This document shows positions 1 to 12,186 of a stretch of 64,000 nt of DNA, piece by piece. The DNA comes from Octopus vulgaris (lineage: Eukaryota). The stretch spans positions 16,988,001 through 17,052,000 of the forward strand of contig OX597833.1 of the NCBI GenBank assembly GCA_951406725.2, given 5' to 3'. Both the position numbers and the translations under genes were made by a program. Every line of letters starts with the position of its first letter. The stretch's first letter is position 1. A model generated the notes under the pieces. It searched no databases and was not told the DNA's origin. It worked only from the letters and a program-made list of their open reading frames with translations.

Positions 1-73
1 CAACACCGGTTTTCAGGTAATAACAATCAGAGACACAAAGGCACACACGCACACACACACACACACACACACA

Positions 74-110
<37 letters not shown>

Positions 111-116
<6 letters not shown>

Positions 117-293
117 GAAATGAGGTAATCAGAAGATTGGATGGTTTATATTTACAGATATTTATTTGTATATTACATTTTTTATATATATATCATATCA
201 CTTAGATCATTAACGCATTAATATAATGTAATATACAAATAAATATCTGTAAATATAAACCATCCGATCTTCTGAGTACCTCATTTCTTCTAA
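111..293. repeat. Foldback inverted repeat (~69-bp arms, ~45-bp spacer) within (TA)n
   Basis: ttagaagaaatgagg...tattacatt (111-179) is the reverse complement of 225-293 with 2 mismatches. Confidence 0.9.
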
Positions 294-347
294 TATATAA
301 TACCTGTACATCATCTCCAAACCTTCCAATATATATATATATATTTA

Positions 348-380
<33 letters not shown>

Positions 381-385
<5 letters not shown>

Positions 386-571
386 CACAAAGAGAAAACA
401 CAACAACGCGAGGACGTGGAACAAGTATAGTATTATTGAACGCTCAGGAAGGAAGTGAAGAAGGAGGGTTTTACGTTTCGAGCGGAGCTTTTCGTCAGAA
501 ACATAGGAAAAGGAAAGATCCAGAGAAGGGAAGACGGAGGAAAAAAAATCGCCAACGGTATACACGCGGTC
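381..571 (-). mobile_element. ~190-bp non-coding hammerhead-bearing element (PLE-LTR/retrozyme-like), subfamily 1
   Basis: Near-identical copies at 50291-50472 and 55545-55715. (TA)n on its left; contains a hammerhead core on the minus strand. Confidence 0.75.
468..502 (-). ncRNA. Minimal type I hammerhead ribozyme (one stem II mismatch)
   Basis: Minus strand reads gttt-CTGACGA-a-aagc-tcc-gctc-GAAACGTA-aaac. Stem I is gttt/aaac, stem III is the palindrome ACGT, and the cleavage triplet is GUA. Confidence 0.7.
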
Positions 572-742
572 TTTGGAACGGAAAATAGAATTCACGAGAA
601 CCTTTATTCATCTCAACGCTCGTTTCGATCCATCTTGCGCCGTTCCCTTACGGATGGGATATTGTGCAACTGGTTGTACAATATCCCGCAAGATGCATCT
701 TGTCAAGCATCTTGTTTTATAGAAGATACTTCTCTCAATTTG

Positions 743-1709
743 TTATTTCTTTGCTACACACAAGGGGCTACAGACAGAGGGAACAAACAAGGACAGACAC
801 ACGGATTAAGTCGATTATATCGGCCCCAGTGCGTAACTGGTACATATTTAATCGACCCCGAAAGGATGAAAGGCAAAGTCGACCTCGGCGGAATTTGAAC
901 TCAGAACCTAAAGCAGATGAAATGCCTATTTCTTTACTACCCACAAGGGGCTAAACACAGAGAGGACAAGCAAGGACAGACAAACGGATTAAGTCGATTA
1001 TATCGACCCCAGTGCGTAACTTGCACTTAATTTATCGACCCCGAAAGAATGAAAGGATAAAAGTCGACCTCGGCGGAATTTGAACTCAGAACCTAAAGCA
1101 GACGAAATGCCTATTTCTTTACTACCCACAAGGGGCTAAGCACAGAGAGGACAAACAAGGACAGACACACGGATTAAGTCGATTATATCGACCCCAGTGC
1201 GTAATTGGTACTTATTTAATCGACCCCGAAAGGATGAAAGGCAAAGTCGACCTCGGCAGAATTTGAACTCAGAACCTAAAGCAGACGAAATGCCTATTTC
1301 TTTACTACCTACAAGGGGCTAAACACAGAGGGGACAAACAAGGACAGACAAATGGATTAAGTCGATTATATCGACTCCAGTGCGTAACTGGTACTTATTT
1401 AATCGACCCCGAAAGGATGAAAGGCAAAGTCGACTTCGGCAGAATTTGAACTCGGAACGTAGTGGCAGACGAAATACCTATTTCTTTATTACCCACAAGG
1501 GGCTAAACATAGAGGGGACAAACAAGGACAGACATAGGTATTAAGTCGATTATATCGACCCCAGTGCGTAACTGGTACTTAATTTACCGACCCCAAAATG
1601 ATGAAAGGCACAATCGACTTCGGCGGAATTTGAACTCGGAACGTAGCGGCAAACGAAATACGGCTAAGCATTTCGCCCGGCGTGCTACCATTTCTGCCAG
1701 CTCGCCGCC
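743..1709 (-). mobile_element. SINE family A (tRNA-like head, Meta-domain-like core) as a tandem 5-mer of ~183-bp units
   Basis: Units start near 743, 925, 1109, 1292 and 1476. Only the last carries the head (rc ggcggcgagctggcagaa). Core is gccttTCATCCTTTCGGGGTCGATAAA. Confidence 0.9.
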
Positions 1710-1957
1710 ATATACTCATATATGTGCGCGCGTTTGGGTGATCTCAGAAGCTTGGGCTTCCAGCCAGGATTTTTGCGACATCCTTAAAGAGATAAAAGAC
1801 ATGTACTCAACACTTATAGCTTTTTGTACAGAGATGGAGTTGTAACGTTGACTCATCCTAAAGTCTCGCAGGCGCGTTCTACGCCCACATCTTTAGAAGT
1901 ACAGTGTCAGACAGCATACGGATGTGTCAGTGTGTGTGTTGTGTGTAAGTGTGAGCG

Positions 1958-1959
<2 letters not shown>

Positions 1960-1992
<33 letters not shown>

Positions 1993-2001
1993 GTGTATAT
2001 A

Positions 2002-2056
<55 letters not shown>

Positions 2057-2075
2057 ATATATATATATATATCTA

Positions 2076-2125
<50 letters not shown>

Positions 2126-2385
2126 CTCACATATTTAATACTTATACATGCATTTATATATGTGTGTGTTTCTGTGTGTGTATGTAGGTGTGTGTATGTA
2201 TATGTACATATATGTACATTTTTACGTATGTATCCTACACCAGTGCACGGTGCCAGACTACCTGTATCTTTTATGTGGGTGTGTGTCTATGTGTGAGTGA
2301 ATGTATGTATGTATGTATGTATGTATGTATGTATGTATGTATGTATGTATGTATGTATGTATGTATGTATGTATGTATGTATGTA
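1960..2385. repeat. Compound microsatellite (TA)n/(TATC)n/(TATG)n
   Basis: Direct reading. Confidence 0.95.
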
Positions 2386-2501
2386 GTTCAGCTACTGCAA
2401 AATGGTACACTTCCGAGCATAATTCAAATCAAATATTGAGAAATCTAAGGAGATATAGCAACAAGTGATGCAATAAGTCAACAATAATTTCAAATACATA
2501 A

Positions 2502-3420
2502 GGGCGGTGAGCTGGCAGAAACGTTAGCACGCCGGGCGAAATGTTTAGCAGTATTTCGTCTGTCGTTACGTTCTGAGTTCAAATTCCGCCGAGGTCGACT
2601 TTGCCTTTCATCCTTTCGGGGTCGATAAATTAAGTACCAGTTATGCACTGGGGTCAATATAATCGACTTCATCCGTTTGTCTCTCCTTGTTTGTCTCTCT
2701 GTGTTTATCCCCTTGTGGGCAGTAAAGAAATAGATATTTATTGTGGGCAATAAAGAAATAAGAAACGTTAGCACGCCGGGCGAAATGCTTAGCGGTTTTC
2801 GTCTGCCGCTACGTTCTGAGTTCAAATTCCACCGAGGTCGATTTTGTTTTTCATCTTTTCAGGGTCGTTAAATTAAGTAACAATTGAGTACTAGGGTCGA
2901 TCTAATCGACTGACCAACTCCCCAGTAATTTCCGGCTTTGTACCTAGAGTAGAAAGACTATTCTTTTCAATATTTTTAAGGCAGCGAGCTGGCAGAATCG
3001 TTAGTACGCAGAGCAAAATGATTAGAGTTATTTCGTCTGTCTTTACGTTCTGAGTTCAAATTCCGTAGAGGTCAACTTTGCCTTTCATCCTTTTAGGGTC
3101 GATAAATTAAGTATCAGTTGCGTGCTGGGGTCGATCTAATTGACTGGCCACCTCCCCCAAAATTTCAGTCCTTGTGCCTTGAGTAGAAAAGAATATTTTT
3201 AAGGCGGCGAGCTAGCAGAAACGTTAGCAAGCCTGGGCGAAATGCTTAGCTGTATTTTGTCTGGCCTTACGTTCTGAGTTCAAATTCCACCGAGGTCGAC
3301 TTTGCCTTTCATTCTTTCAAGGTCGATAAATTAAGTACCAGTTGCGTACTGGGGTCGATGTAATCGACTGGCCCCCTCCCCCAAAATTTCGGGCCTTCTG
3401 CCTAGAGTTGAAAAGAATAA
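2502..3420 (+). mobile_element. Cluster of four head-to-tail SINE family A copies
   Basis: Heads ggcggtgagctggcagaa (2502), ggcagcgagctggc (2979) and ggcggcgagctagc (3203), plus a re-start at 2761. Two tail types are present. Confidence 0.9.
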
Positions 3421-3741
3421 TTTCGAGTAGATAATGGCTTAATGTCGAATGTCTAAATTTAAAGGACCGTCTTCTTCGCATATGCAACTATATACATAGG
3501 AGTGGGAGGGGTGTCCACAAAGGAAAGAAATACGACTCTTTAAACAAATCCTCATTTCTAAAGTGGGTGGATGAGCTAAATTTAGTTCTCAAACTTCTTT
3601 TTCTTCTGTTTTTCGCCTACTGAATAACAGCGCATAGATCACGTTGGAGTTCTATTTCGACACCTACTTGTCTAATGTATGTCTTTATAGTATTTCTATG
3701 CTAATTTTGATGTCATTTATGTTAAAAATAAAGAAACAAAT

Positions 3742-4278
3742 AGGCAGCGGCTCTCATAGCTTCTGATCATAACTTGATTGGAAGTGTTATCATGTACATT
3801 GTTTTGTTTTGGTATAAAAGATGGGCTACAGCAAATATTCTGCTCAATACCACAGATTTGCTTGTCAGTTGTTTGACCTTAACCAGTTGACATTGTCCCT
3901 TAGTGGCTGACGATATGTGCATCTCTGATCACGAGCAGAAATAGTGGGGGGCATCATAGCCGTGTGTTGAGAGGGATTCTTTGGGGTTTTAATAATTTAC
4001 CTTCGGAAACATTGATGTTTTATTCAACATCCTTAAACAACCTTTATTCAGGGATCTTTTGAGCGGGGTGGGCAACTAGACGTGAAGAAAATTCTAACTG
4101 GGCCTCACCAGCATGGTCATGCGCTGTTTACCTTGATATGGGATCACCATGTCGCGCACATATGGTTGTGATGCATCTGCTTGGTGTACCCTTATCAGAC
4201 GGGTAGTCATGATGGGTATACTGGGTTTCGTATATTTTACCCCAGTGTCACTTTGATGCATGCACTGCTCTCTCACTC
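3742..4278 (+). mobile_element. Dispersed non-coding repeat ending in (TAA)n; probably a non-LTR 3' region or partner SINE
   Basis: A second, diverged copy lies at 60597-61107. Both end ...ctctc(t/a)(c/t)actc directly into (AAT)n. Confidence 0.75.
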
Positions 4279-4340
<62 letters not shown>

Positions 4341-4341
<1 letters not shown>

Positions 4342-4927
4342 CTCACTCCTCTGGAACTTCACCATTCAAACTGACAGGAAGATAGATGCAAATAGGCCAG
4401 ACATCATATTGAAAAACTTCAAACAAAGAACATGCCTCCTCATTGATATGACTGTCCCAATCGATATAAACGTATCTGTCAAGACCTACCAAAAACTGAG
4501 CAAATATAAAGATCTTGAAATAGAAATCAGCAAAATGTGGAAGCTGAAGACTAAAACAATACCTGTTGTCATAGGTGCCCTGGGAATGATAGCAAAAGGG
4601 GCTGATAGCTACCTAACTCAGATACCAGGAAACCCAAAAATGGCAGAAGTTCAAAAGATAGTGCTCATGGGAACTGCTCATATCCTACGCAAAATACTCT
4701 CTATGTAATCTCAAGGTTTAAAACAAACATAATTTTCGGTTTAAAAAAAAAAAAAAAAAAAAACCCTTTTTTTTTTTTAGACATTCATTAGTACAACATC
4801 CCCACCCCCCAAATATATGGCACACTAGGCATAACAACAACATGAACTTCCAACCCTGTTGTCTCTTGAGGTCTCTGGGTGAGACTTGGAGCCAACTTGT
4901 ACAAATATAAAGCAAAAGTCAAACATA

Positions 4928-4928
<1 letters not shown>
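4341..4928 (+). mobile_element. 5'-truncated R4/Dong-clade non-LTR retrotransposon (REL endonuclease domain + 3' UTR)
   Basis: LWNFTIQTDRKIDANRPDII...LIDMTVP...KLSKYKDL...IPVVIGALG (PD-D-K REL motif), stop at 4708, flanked by (TAA)n. Confidence 0.9.
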
Positions 4929-4969
<41 letters not shown>

Positions 4970-4971
<2 letters not shown>

Positions 4972-6865
4972 TTTCCAGACATTGTCTTCAGAGGCCTAAG
5001 ACAAAATACATGCCTGTTAACTGATATGACAGTGTCTACTGATAGAAATATCTCAACAAAGGAATTTGAAAAACCGTCCATATATAGGCACCTTGTGACT
5101 GAGATATTTCAGATGATGCAATTAAAAACCAAAATCATCCTTCCTTGTTTTTGACCAGATCCCTGGGAAACCAATATTCTATGAAACTCAAAAAATTGTG
5201 TTAACATCAACCGCCCACATTTTCAGGCCACTTTTCAGATAGGGAAATTGAAGACCTCACATTCAGTGGTGTTAGATGTTGACACAATCATAAAAGAAAA
5301 ATCGAGCAGGAACAAACTTACAAATACCTCGGAACAAATGAGGGCTCTGCCATTCAGCATGCAAGCATGAAAGAGAAGATCAGGAAGGGATGTTACGGGA
5401 GAGTTCGAGCAGTCCTAAAATCTGAGTTAAATGCATGTAACAGGATGTTAGCTATAGATTCCTTAGGAGTTCCAGTTATTACTTATAGCTACAATGTGTT
5501 GAACTGGAATATGAGCGAAATAAGGAAGATTGACAGGAAAATCTGTAAGCTGCTGACTTGCAATAAGATGCACATGCCAAAGGCAGACGCAGATTGTTTT
5601 TACCTATCCAGAGCTCAAGGAGGTCGAGACGTGATCCAATTTGAAATACCTTACAAAACCACTACAATTGTGCTGGCAAAATATCTTGAAACGTCAAACG
5701 GCTGGGTGCTAAAGCTCGTTGAAAACCACGAGAAACGTAAGAAGCTTAATTCTGTTACGACAGAGAGCAAAATAGTTATTAGTGAGTTTGTGTATAATAC
5801 TCAGGTTGAACAGCATAATGGAAGTGCGGCAACTGTAGTTGCAAAGAAGGTGAAATCAATAGCAAAGCAAAATGCGTTTGAACAATTGGCTGATAGGTGG
5901 GGACAAAAACCTCTACATGGCAAATATGTGGCCCGTAGCAAACAACTAGAAGCACACCTATTATGAGCTACGGAGCTCAGGCCTAAAGGCAGAGAGGGAT
6001 GGCTTTATCTTGGCTGCTCAAGATCGGAGCTTATTGACCCAGAGCAATCAAGCCAATGTGATGAAAAATGAAGTAGACCCAAAGCGCCGATAAGGCAACG
6101 ATATGATTGAAACAGTGGACCACCTAATCTCTGGGTGTAAGATTTTAGCATCTGTAGAGTACAAATCAAGACATGACAGAGTTAGTCACTATCTACAATG
6201 AATAATGTGTCGGCATTATAAAATCAAGACAGCTTACAAATGGCACAAGCACTACCCTGAGGCTGAAAATGGGGGAGAGAATGTAACGATTCTTTGAGAC
6301 TTCCTAGTATTTACAAACCGGACTATCAAAACAAATAAACCAGATATTGTTGTGAAAGTCCAAAACAATAAAGTTTGTTTATTGACAGATATGAACACAC
6401 CCTGTGAACATAATATCTCGGCAAAAGAATTTGATAAACTCAGAAAATATAAAGATTTGCTAATCGAAATCGAAAAGATGTGGTATCTCAAGACGGCTAC
6501 ACTACCAATGATAGTAGGAGCGCTTGGAATGATTAAAAATGGAACTGAAAATGATTTAAGAATGATCCATGGCTTGCCATCAGTACAGGAAGTGCAAAAG
6601 ATTGTCTTTACTGATACGTCACACTTACTAAGAAGACCATTGTCGCTGTGATTTTTTTTTCCTTTTTTCCCCTTTATTTTCCTTTATTTCTTTCTTTTTC
6701 CCTTTTTCTCCTTGTCTTTCTTCCCCTTTTTTCTCTATCTCATGATGTAAATCAACAACCCGGTGTGTTTATTTCAATGACTTGCCGATGTATACAATGC
6801 GTTTCACTGCCCTAGGTGCCAGGAAGACACTCGGCAAGGCATAGAAACAGAATTGAATGAAGATG
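4970..6865 (+). pseudogene. Degenerate R4/Dong-type elements: a REL fragment (4970-5230) and an RT C-terminus/CCHC/REL fragment (~5290-6865)
   Basis: YKYLG, LKSELN...AIDSLGVPVITYSY, GGR, ETVDHLISGC...RHDRV, KPDIVV...KYKDL...IVGALG. Stops and frameshifts; ends in (TAA)n. Confidence 0.88.
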
Positions 6866-7090
6866 ATAATGAAAATAATAATAATAATGATAATAATAAT
6901 AATTTTAAATGTTGGCACTAGGCCAGCAATTTCGGGGTTGGGGATAAGTCGATTGCATCGACCTCAGTGTTCAACTGGCACTTATTTTATCGACCCCGAA
7001 AAATGAAAGGTAACATTAAACCCGGTATCATTTGAACCCAGAACGTAAAGACGAACGAAAAGCCGCAAAGAATATCGCCCGGCTCGCTGT

Positions 7091-7161
<71 letters not shown>

Positions 7162-7179
7162 TAATAATAAAACAAAAAA

Positions 7180-7299
7180 AAACAAATATATGGCACACTA
7201 GGCATAACAACAACATCAACTTCCAACCTGTTGTTTCTTGAGGTCTCTGGGTGAGACTTGGAGCCAACTTGTACAAACATAAAGCAAAAGTCAAACATA
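7180..7299 (+). mobile_element. Isolated 3' tail of the 4341-4928 R4/Dong family
   Basis: aaatatatggcacactagg...aaagtcaaacatag is near-identical to 4812-4928. It lies between (TAA)n and (GAA)n. Confidence 0.85.
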
Positions 7300-7411
7300 G
7301 AAGAAGAAGAAGAAGAAGAAGAAGAAGAAGAAGAAGAAGAAGAAGAAGAAGAAGAAGAAGAAGAAGAAGAAGAAGAAGAAGAAGAAGAAGAAGAAGAAGA
7401 AGAAGAAGAAG

Positions 7412-8177
7412 AATCAAAACAGAAACAGAGGGATTTTTAATTGCAGCACAAGACCAAAGCCTCCCCAACAGAAATTACCAAAAACATGTAATGAAAAGAA
7501 ATATTACAAGTAACTGCAGAATATGTGGAGATGGACAAGAAACAATAAATCATATTATCTCTAGCTGCCCAGTCTTGGCTAAGAAGGAATATATTCACAG
7601 ACATGACAGAGTTGGAACCTACATACATTGGAAGCTATGCCAACATTATGGAATAACAACAGAAAAAAGATGGTATAGGCACACACCAGAAAAGGTCACA
7701 GAAAACGAGAAAGCAACCATACTCTGGGATATGCCGATACACACAGATAGAGAAATTAAGGCCAACAGACCAGATATAGTTGTCAGAGATCATGAAGAAA
7801 AAAATGCTTTCTAATTGATGTATCAATACCGGCAGATGACAACGTGTCTCTAAAAGAAATGGAGAAACTCTCAAAATACAAAGACCTGGAAATAGAGGTA
7901 ACTAGAATGTGGAATCTAAAAACAGAAACAATTCCTATCATAGTAGGTGCATTAGGCATGATAAAAAAATATTCAGACAAATACATAACAAAAACACCAG
8001 GACTTACAAACACATATAACATACAGAAAATTGCACTACTAGGCACTGCACACATCCTACGCAGAACACTTTCCATACAATAACCATCAGAGCATCACAA
8101 CAAATCACAGCACATACCCAAGGCACACAGAGCTGCGCTCGGTAGTGAAGTGAAAGCACGCTATAAAAATAAAACTA

Positions 8178-8180
<3 letters not shown>
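7412..8180 (+). mobile_element. 5'-truncated R4/Dong-clade element (CCHC knuckle + REL), a third family
   Basis: ETEGFLIAAQDQ, CRICGDGQETINHIISSC, RHDRVG, NRPDIVV, KYKDL, IIVGALG. One frameshift in the A-run near 7800; ends in (TAA)n. Confidence 0.92.
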
Positions 8181-8240
<60 letters not shown>

Positions 8241-8246
8241 TAATAA

Positions 8247-8345
<99 letters not shown>

Positions 8346-8712
8346 GAAGACGTGGCACAGTACTCTTGGGACACCATTAATGACCTGTTGGTCATTAAGC
8401 TCCGACGATAACAAAATGTTGGATTCTGTTTTTCTAAAATTCCTATTTGAGTTAGTTTTTTTTCTTTTTATTTTTGGTCTGTTTTGGGTTTTTTGAGGTT
8501 TTATTTTTAATCTGTCGAACAAATCCACAATTTTTTCCCCGCCCACAAAATTTGTGGCTTTGTATACTTAGCATAGAGATGATAATAAATCGTCATCATC
8601 ATGATCACCACCATCACCATCATCATCATCATAATCATCATCATCTTCATCATTTTCATGATCATGATCATCATCATTATCACTATTATTATTATTATAA
8701 ATGTTACTATTA

Positions 8713-8763
<51 letters not shown>

Positions 8764-8771
8764 TATTATCA

Positions 8772-8834
<63 letters not shown>

Positions 8835-8854
8835 CATCATCATCATTATCATCA

Positions 8855-8909
<55 letters not shown>

Positions 8910-8978
8910 AATTATTATTATCATCATCATTATCATCATCATCATCATCAGTTTTATTATTATTATTATTATTATTAC

Positions 8979-9032
<54 letters not shown>

Positions 9033-9055
9033 CATCATTGTTATTATTTTTATTA
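8181..9055. repeat. Compound trinucleotide microsatellites (TAA)/(GAA)/(GAT), then (CAT)/(TAT)
   Basis: Direct reading; these tracts account for the poly-I/L/Y/H ORFs. Confidence 0.95.
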
Positions 9056-10212
9056 CTGGTACTACTGTATTCCATAAAGCTGCCTAATATGGCGATTGCT
9101 ATCTTATTTACAATAGATAAACTTGCAAGACTCCCTGGTGATACAACTGTGTTTGTACTATGTGGCAAAAACTTGCGCCTGGGACCAAGATAAAGAGACA
9201 TTTATCATTAATAGGATTTTTAATCTTCAATCTTATTTATGGATTATATTTGTCTTCTATAAAAGGCGTAAAAGCACTTAAGAAAATATTATGAAAGAAT
9301 CTTTTGAGACTATGATGTAAAGATAACAGACCCAACCAGTTTGTCATAGAAACAGTTTTTGAAGTCCTTGTAAGTTCAATTTGTGATAGGACATTTGTAT
9401 CTTATATATCCTAACAGACAAAAGTGTTTACTGATTTTCTACAGAAACGCAAGCAGTCGAGGGTGTAGACAAAAGAGTTGAAACTCTATACTGTAGTTTT
9501 CTTGATACTGTCAATACAAAGGAAATGAAGTGTATATAATAGATATATTATGCGTATAATGTTACCAACATTGTGTGAAAAGATGGATGCTATTATAAAT
9601 TACCTTTCATAAGGCTAAAGTTACATTTAAGCTGAACAAGCAGCAGAACTCTTAATGAAAATTAGCGTTTTTTTTTTCTTTTAATTTACTGGACGAAGAT
9701 AACACAAAAGGAAAATTACCATAATTGATTAGGAGTATTGAAAGACAAGTAAAAGCTACAAACAATTTTTAAGACGTGAAATAAAACTAGGGCGTGTGTT
9801 CCTTAGTGACATAGTGACCCTCTCGAAATACAGGAAAATGAGTTTCAACAAGCGAGTTCATATCAAGATCCTTAATAAAAGCTCGTTAGTAAAAACGCAT
9901 TTTCTTATATCTCGAGAGAACCATTATATAAGTAATAAACACGGGCACCATTTCTCTTCTTTTGTTTTTCACTTTAATTAGTCAATTGATCAACCATGTG
10001 ATCAATTAACTAACTCATTGTCCAACCAATCAGTTAACCTTCAAAGTTAACTAAGCTTGTTCACCAGTCACCAATCACGATTTCTTTATCGATGACATTC
10101 CCTCTCTATCCCAGCTCCTAATCACGTCTAACTGATTGATTGATTGATTGATTGATTGATTAACCGAACTAATAATCGAACAATTGGCAATCGATTAGTT
10201 AATTGGTTAAAT

Positions 10213-10585
10213 ACTCTTTTACTTTTCTACTCTTTTACTTGTTTCAGTCATTTGACTGTGGCCATGCTGGAGCACCACCTTTAGTCGAGCAAATCGACCC
10301 CAGGAGTTATTCTTTGTAAGCCTAGTACTTATTCTATCAGATCTCTTTTGCCGAAACGCTAAGTTACGGGGACGTAAACACACCAGCATCAGTCATCAAG
10401 CTATGTTGGTGGAAGGGACAAACACACACACACACACACGAATATATATATACATATATACGACGGGCTTCTTTCAGTTTCCATCTACCAAATCCACTCA
10501 CAAGGATTTGGTCGGCCCGAGGCTATAGTAGAAGACACTTGCCCAAGGTGCCACGCAGTGGGACTGAACTCGGAACCATGTGGCA
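10213..10585 (-). mobile_element. SINE family B (tRNA-like head, internal TA/TG microsatellite, GTAAAAGA tail)
   Basis: Matches the many copies with head aggcgcaggagtggctgtgtggtaag and tail cagtcaaatgactgaaacaagtaaaagag. Confidence 0.9.
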
Positions 10586-11599
10586 AGCACGCACTCAAGC
10601 AAATACACACTCAATCAAGTACGCAGAGTTTTAATGGTATGTACTTTGTTCCAAGTTCTAGAGAGGGATTTTAGAGAGTTACGTGGACCTCAGTGTTCAA
10701 TTATTAATTACTTTATCATATCCGAAATGATGGAAAGTAAAGATGACTTCAGCGAAATTTAGACCGAGAGAGTAAAATGCCGGAAGAAATGCCGTTAAGT
10801 ATCTTGTTCGACATGCAGTATCTCGTAGCTTCTAGATTTTGGAGATGTGATTGTTTATTTTTAGAATAACATTATAGGGTCGGGTACGGCTGTTTTGAAC
10901 ATAAAACATGGTAAAATATTTTGGTCTGATATGACTAGTTTAAATGCTAACGGGTTAATAGAATTGCATTGCGAAAAATCCGACTCATGAAAATCTTTTC
11001 GCCATTTTTTTTTTTGTTTTGCTACTTAGGAAGCATTTTTCTTCTGGCAAAATTTGAAAATGTTGTCTGTTAGAGGTGTCAAACCATTCAATTTTAAAAA
11101 AGAAACAATACTAAAAATAAATTATTGATGCCAATGAAATAAGAATAAGAAATATAAGTATATAGAAGTTACTTGTATTCAAGGTTAAGGATGTGAGAAA
11201 CAAAAGCATTTTTAGGACTTCAGAAATATTAAAGAACGACAAAATTACGAATAAAATGGTTTGTGTTTGATATCTGTTATTACCTGTCAGGCCTGTCAAA
11301 TCGTAACAGATATCAAATCAAATGGAAGTAGTAGATGAAACCAAGCCACGACATTACAAATATAGAGTTTTCTAAAAGCGATATAAACTGGTTTAGAGTT
11401 TGCGAAAAGTACATTTGATAATTAAATAATACTGGATAAATAATGCTTTTGTAACAGAATGAAAGGTCTGTAACACTAGAGTGGGTGCAGCTCTCATCCC
11501 TTACATTAAATTATTTATCGAAGGAAAAGACAAGACTTCCGAAAATCTTCAACAGCATAAATATTTTATTTCTGGATTCGCAATGTATATATTCTTCTT

Positions 11600-11885
11600 C
11601 TGGGCGAATCGGTAGTCTAGGAGCTAGTCGCAGTGGTCAAGTGGAGTGAGCCAAATCCTGTCCGTTCCAGCATAGTGTAGCAGCGCCACGAGGTGGCAAC
11701 TTGGGAGAGCTTTTAAAACACGACCGTCCTGTTCGACTGTCAGCCTTCGAGGGAGATCGATACGTGGGAAATTCTGCTGCTGCTGCTAGTTTTCTGCGCA
11801 TGCGCATGAGGGAACTTCCGGCAGGCCTGCTGGAAGGATCCAACTCTGCGCATGCGCACTGAAGATTTCCAAAATGGCGTCACTA
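11600..11885. promoter_or_regulatory. GC/CpG-rich candidate housekeeping promoter
   Basis: CTCF-like gccacgaggtggca (11685-11698), two perfect NRF1 sites TGCGCATGCGCA (11795-11806, 11847-11858), ETS acttccgg (11814-11821) and YY1 caaaatggcg (11870-11879). Confidence 0.65.
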
Positions 11886-12186
11886 CACTTTAAAATTATT
11901 TTGAGGGGTTCGGTTAAATCGATGCCAGTGTTTAACTGTCACCTTATTTTATTGACCCGAAGGGTTGAACGGCAAAGTTTACCCCTGTGGTATTTGAACT
12001 AAGAACGTAAAGAGCTGGTAGAAATGCCGTTAAGTATTTTGCTCGTTATAGTAACGACTCTGCCATCTCACTGCTTTGGACTGATAAAATAAATACGGTG
12101 TATTTTCGTGAAAGGCGAAATCAAAATTTCTCGATGAGAAGTTTTGCCGAGGTACCGGATCATTTACATTGAGGATACTTATTTTA

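Noticed and set aside
743-1709. CRISPR-like array
   Set aside because: The units are whole SINE bodies with no unique spacers; the context is eukaryotic and there are no cas genes.
8105-9201. Poly-I/L/Y/H/N ORFs (also 61030-61533 and 45958-46515)
   Set aside because: Microsatellite artefacts.
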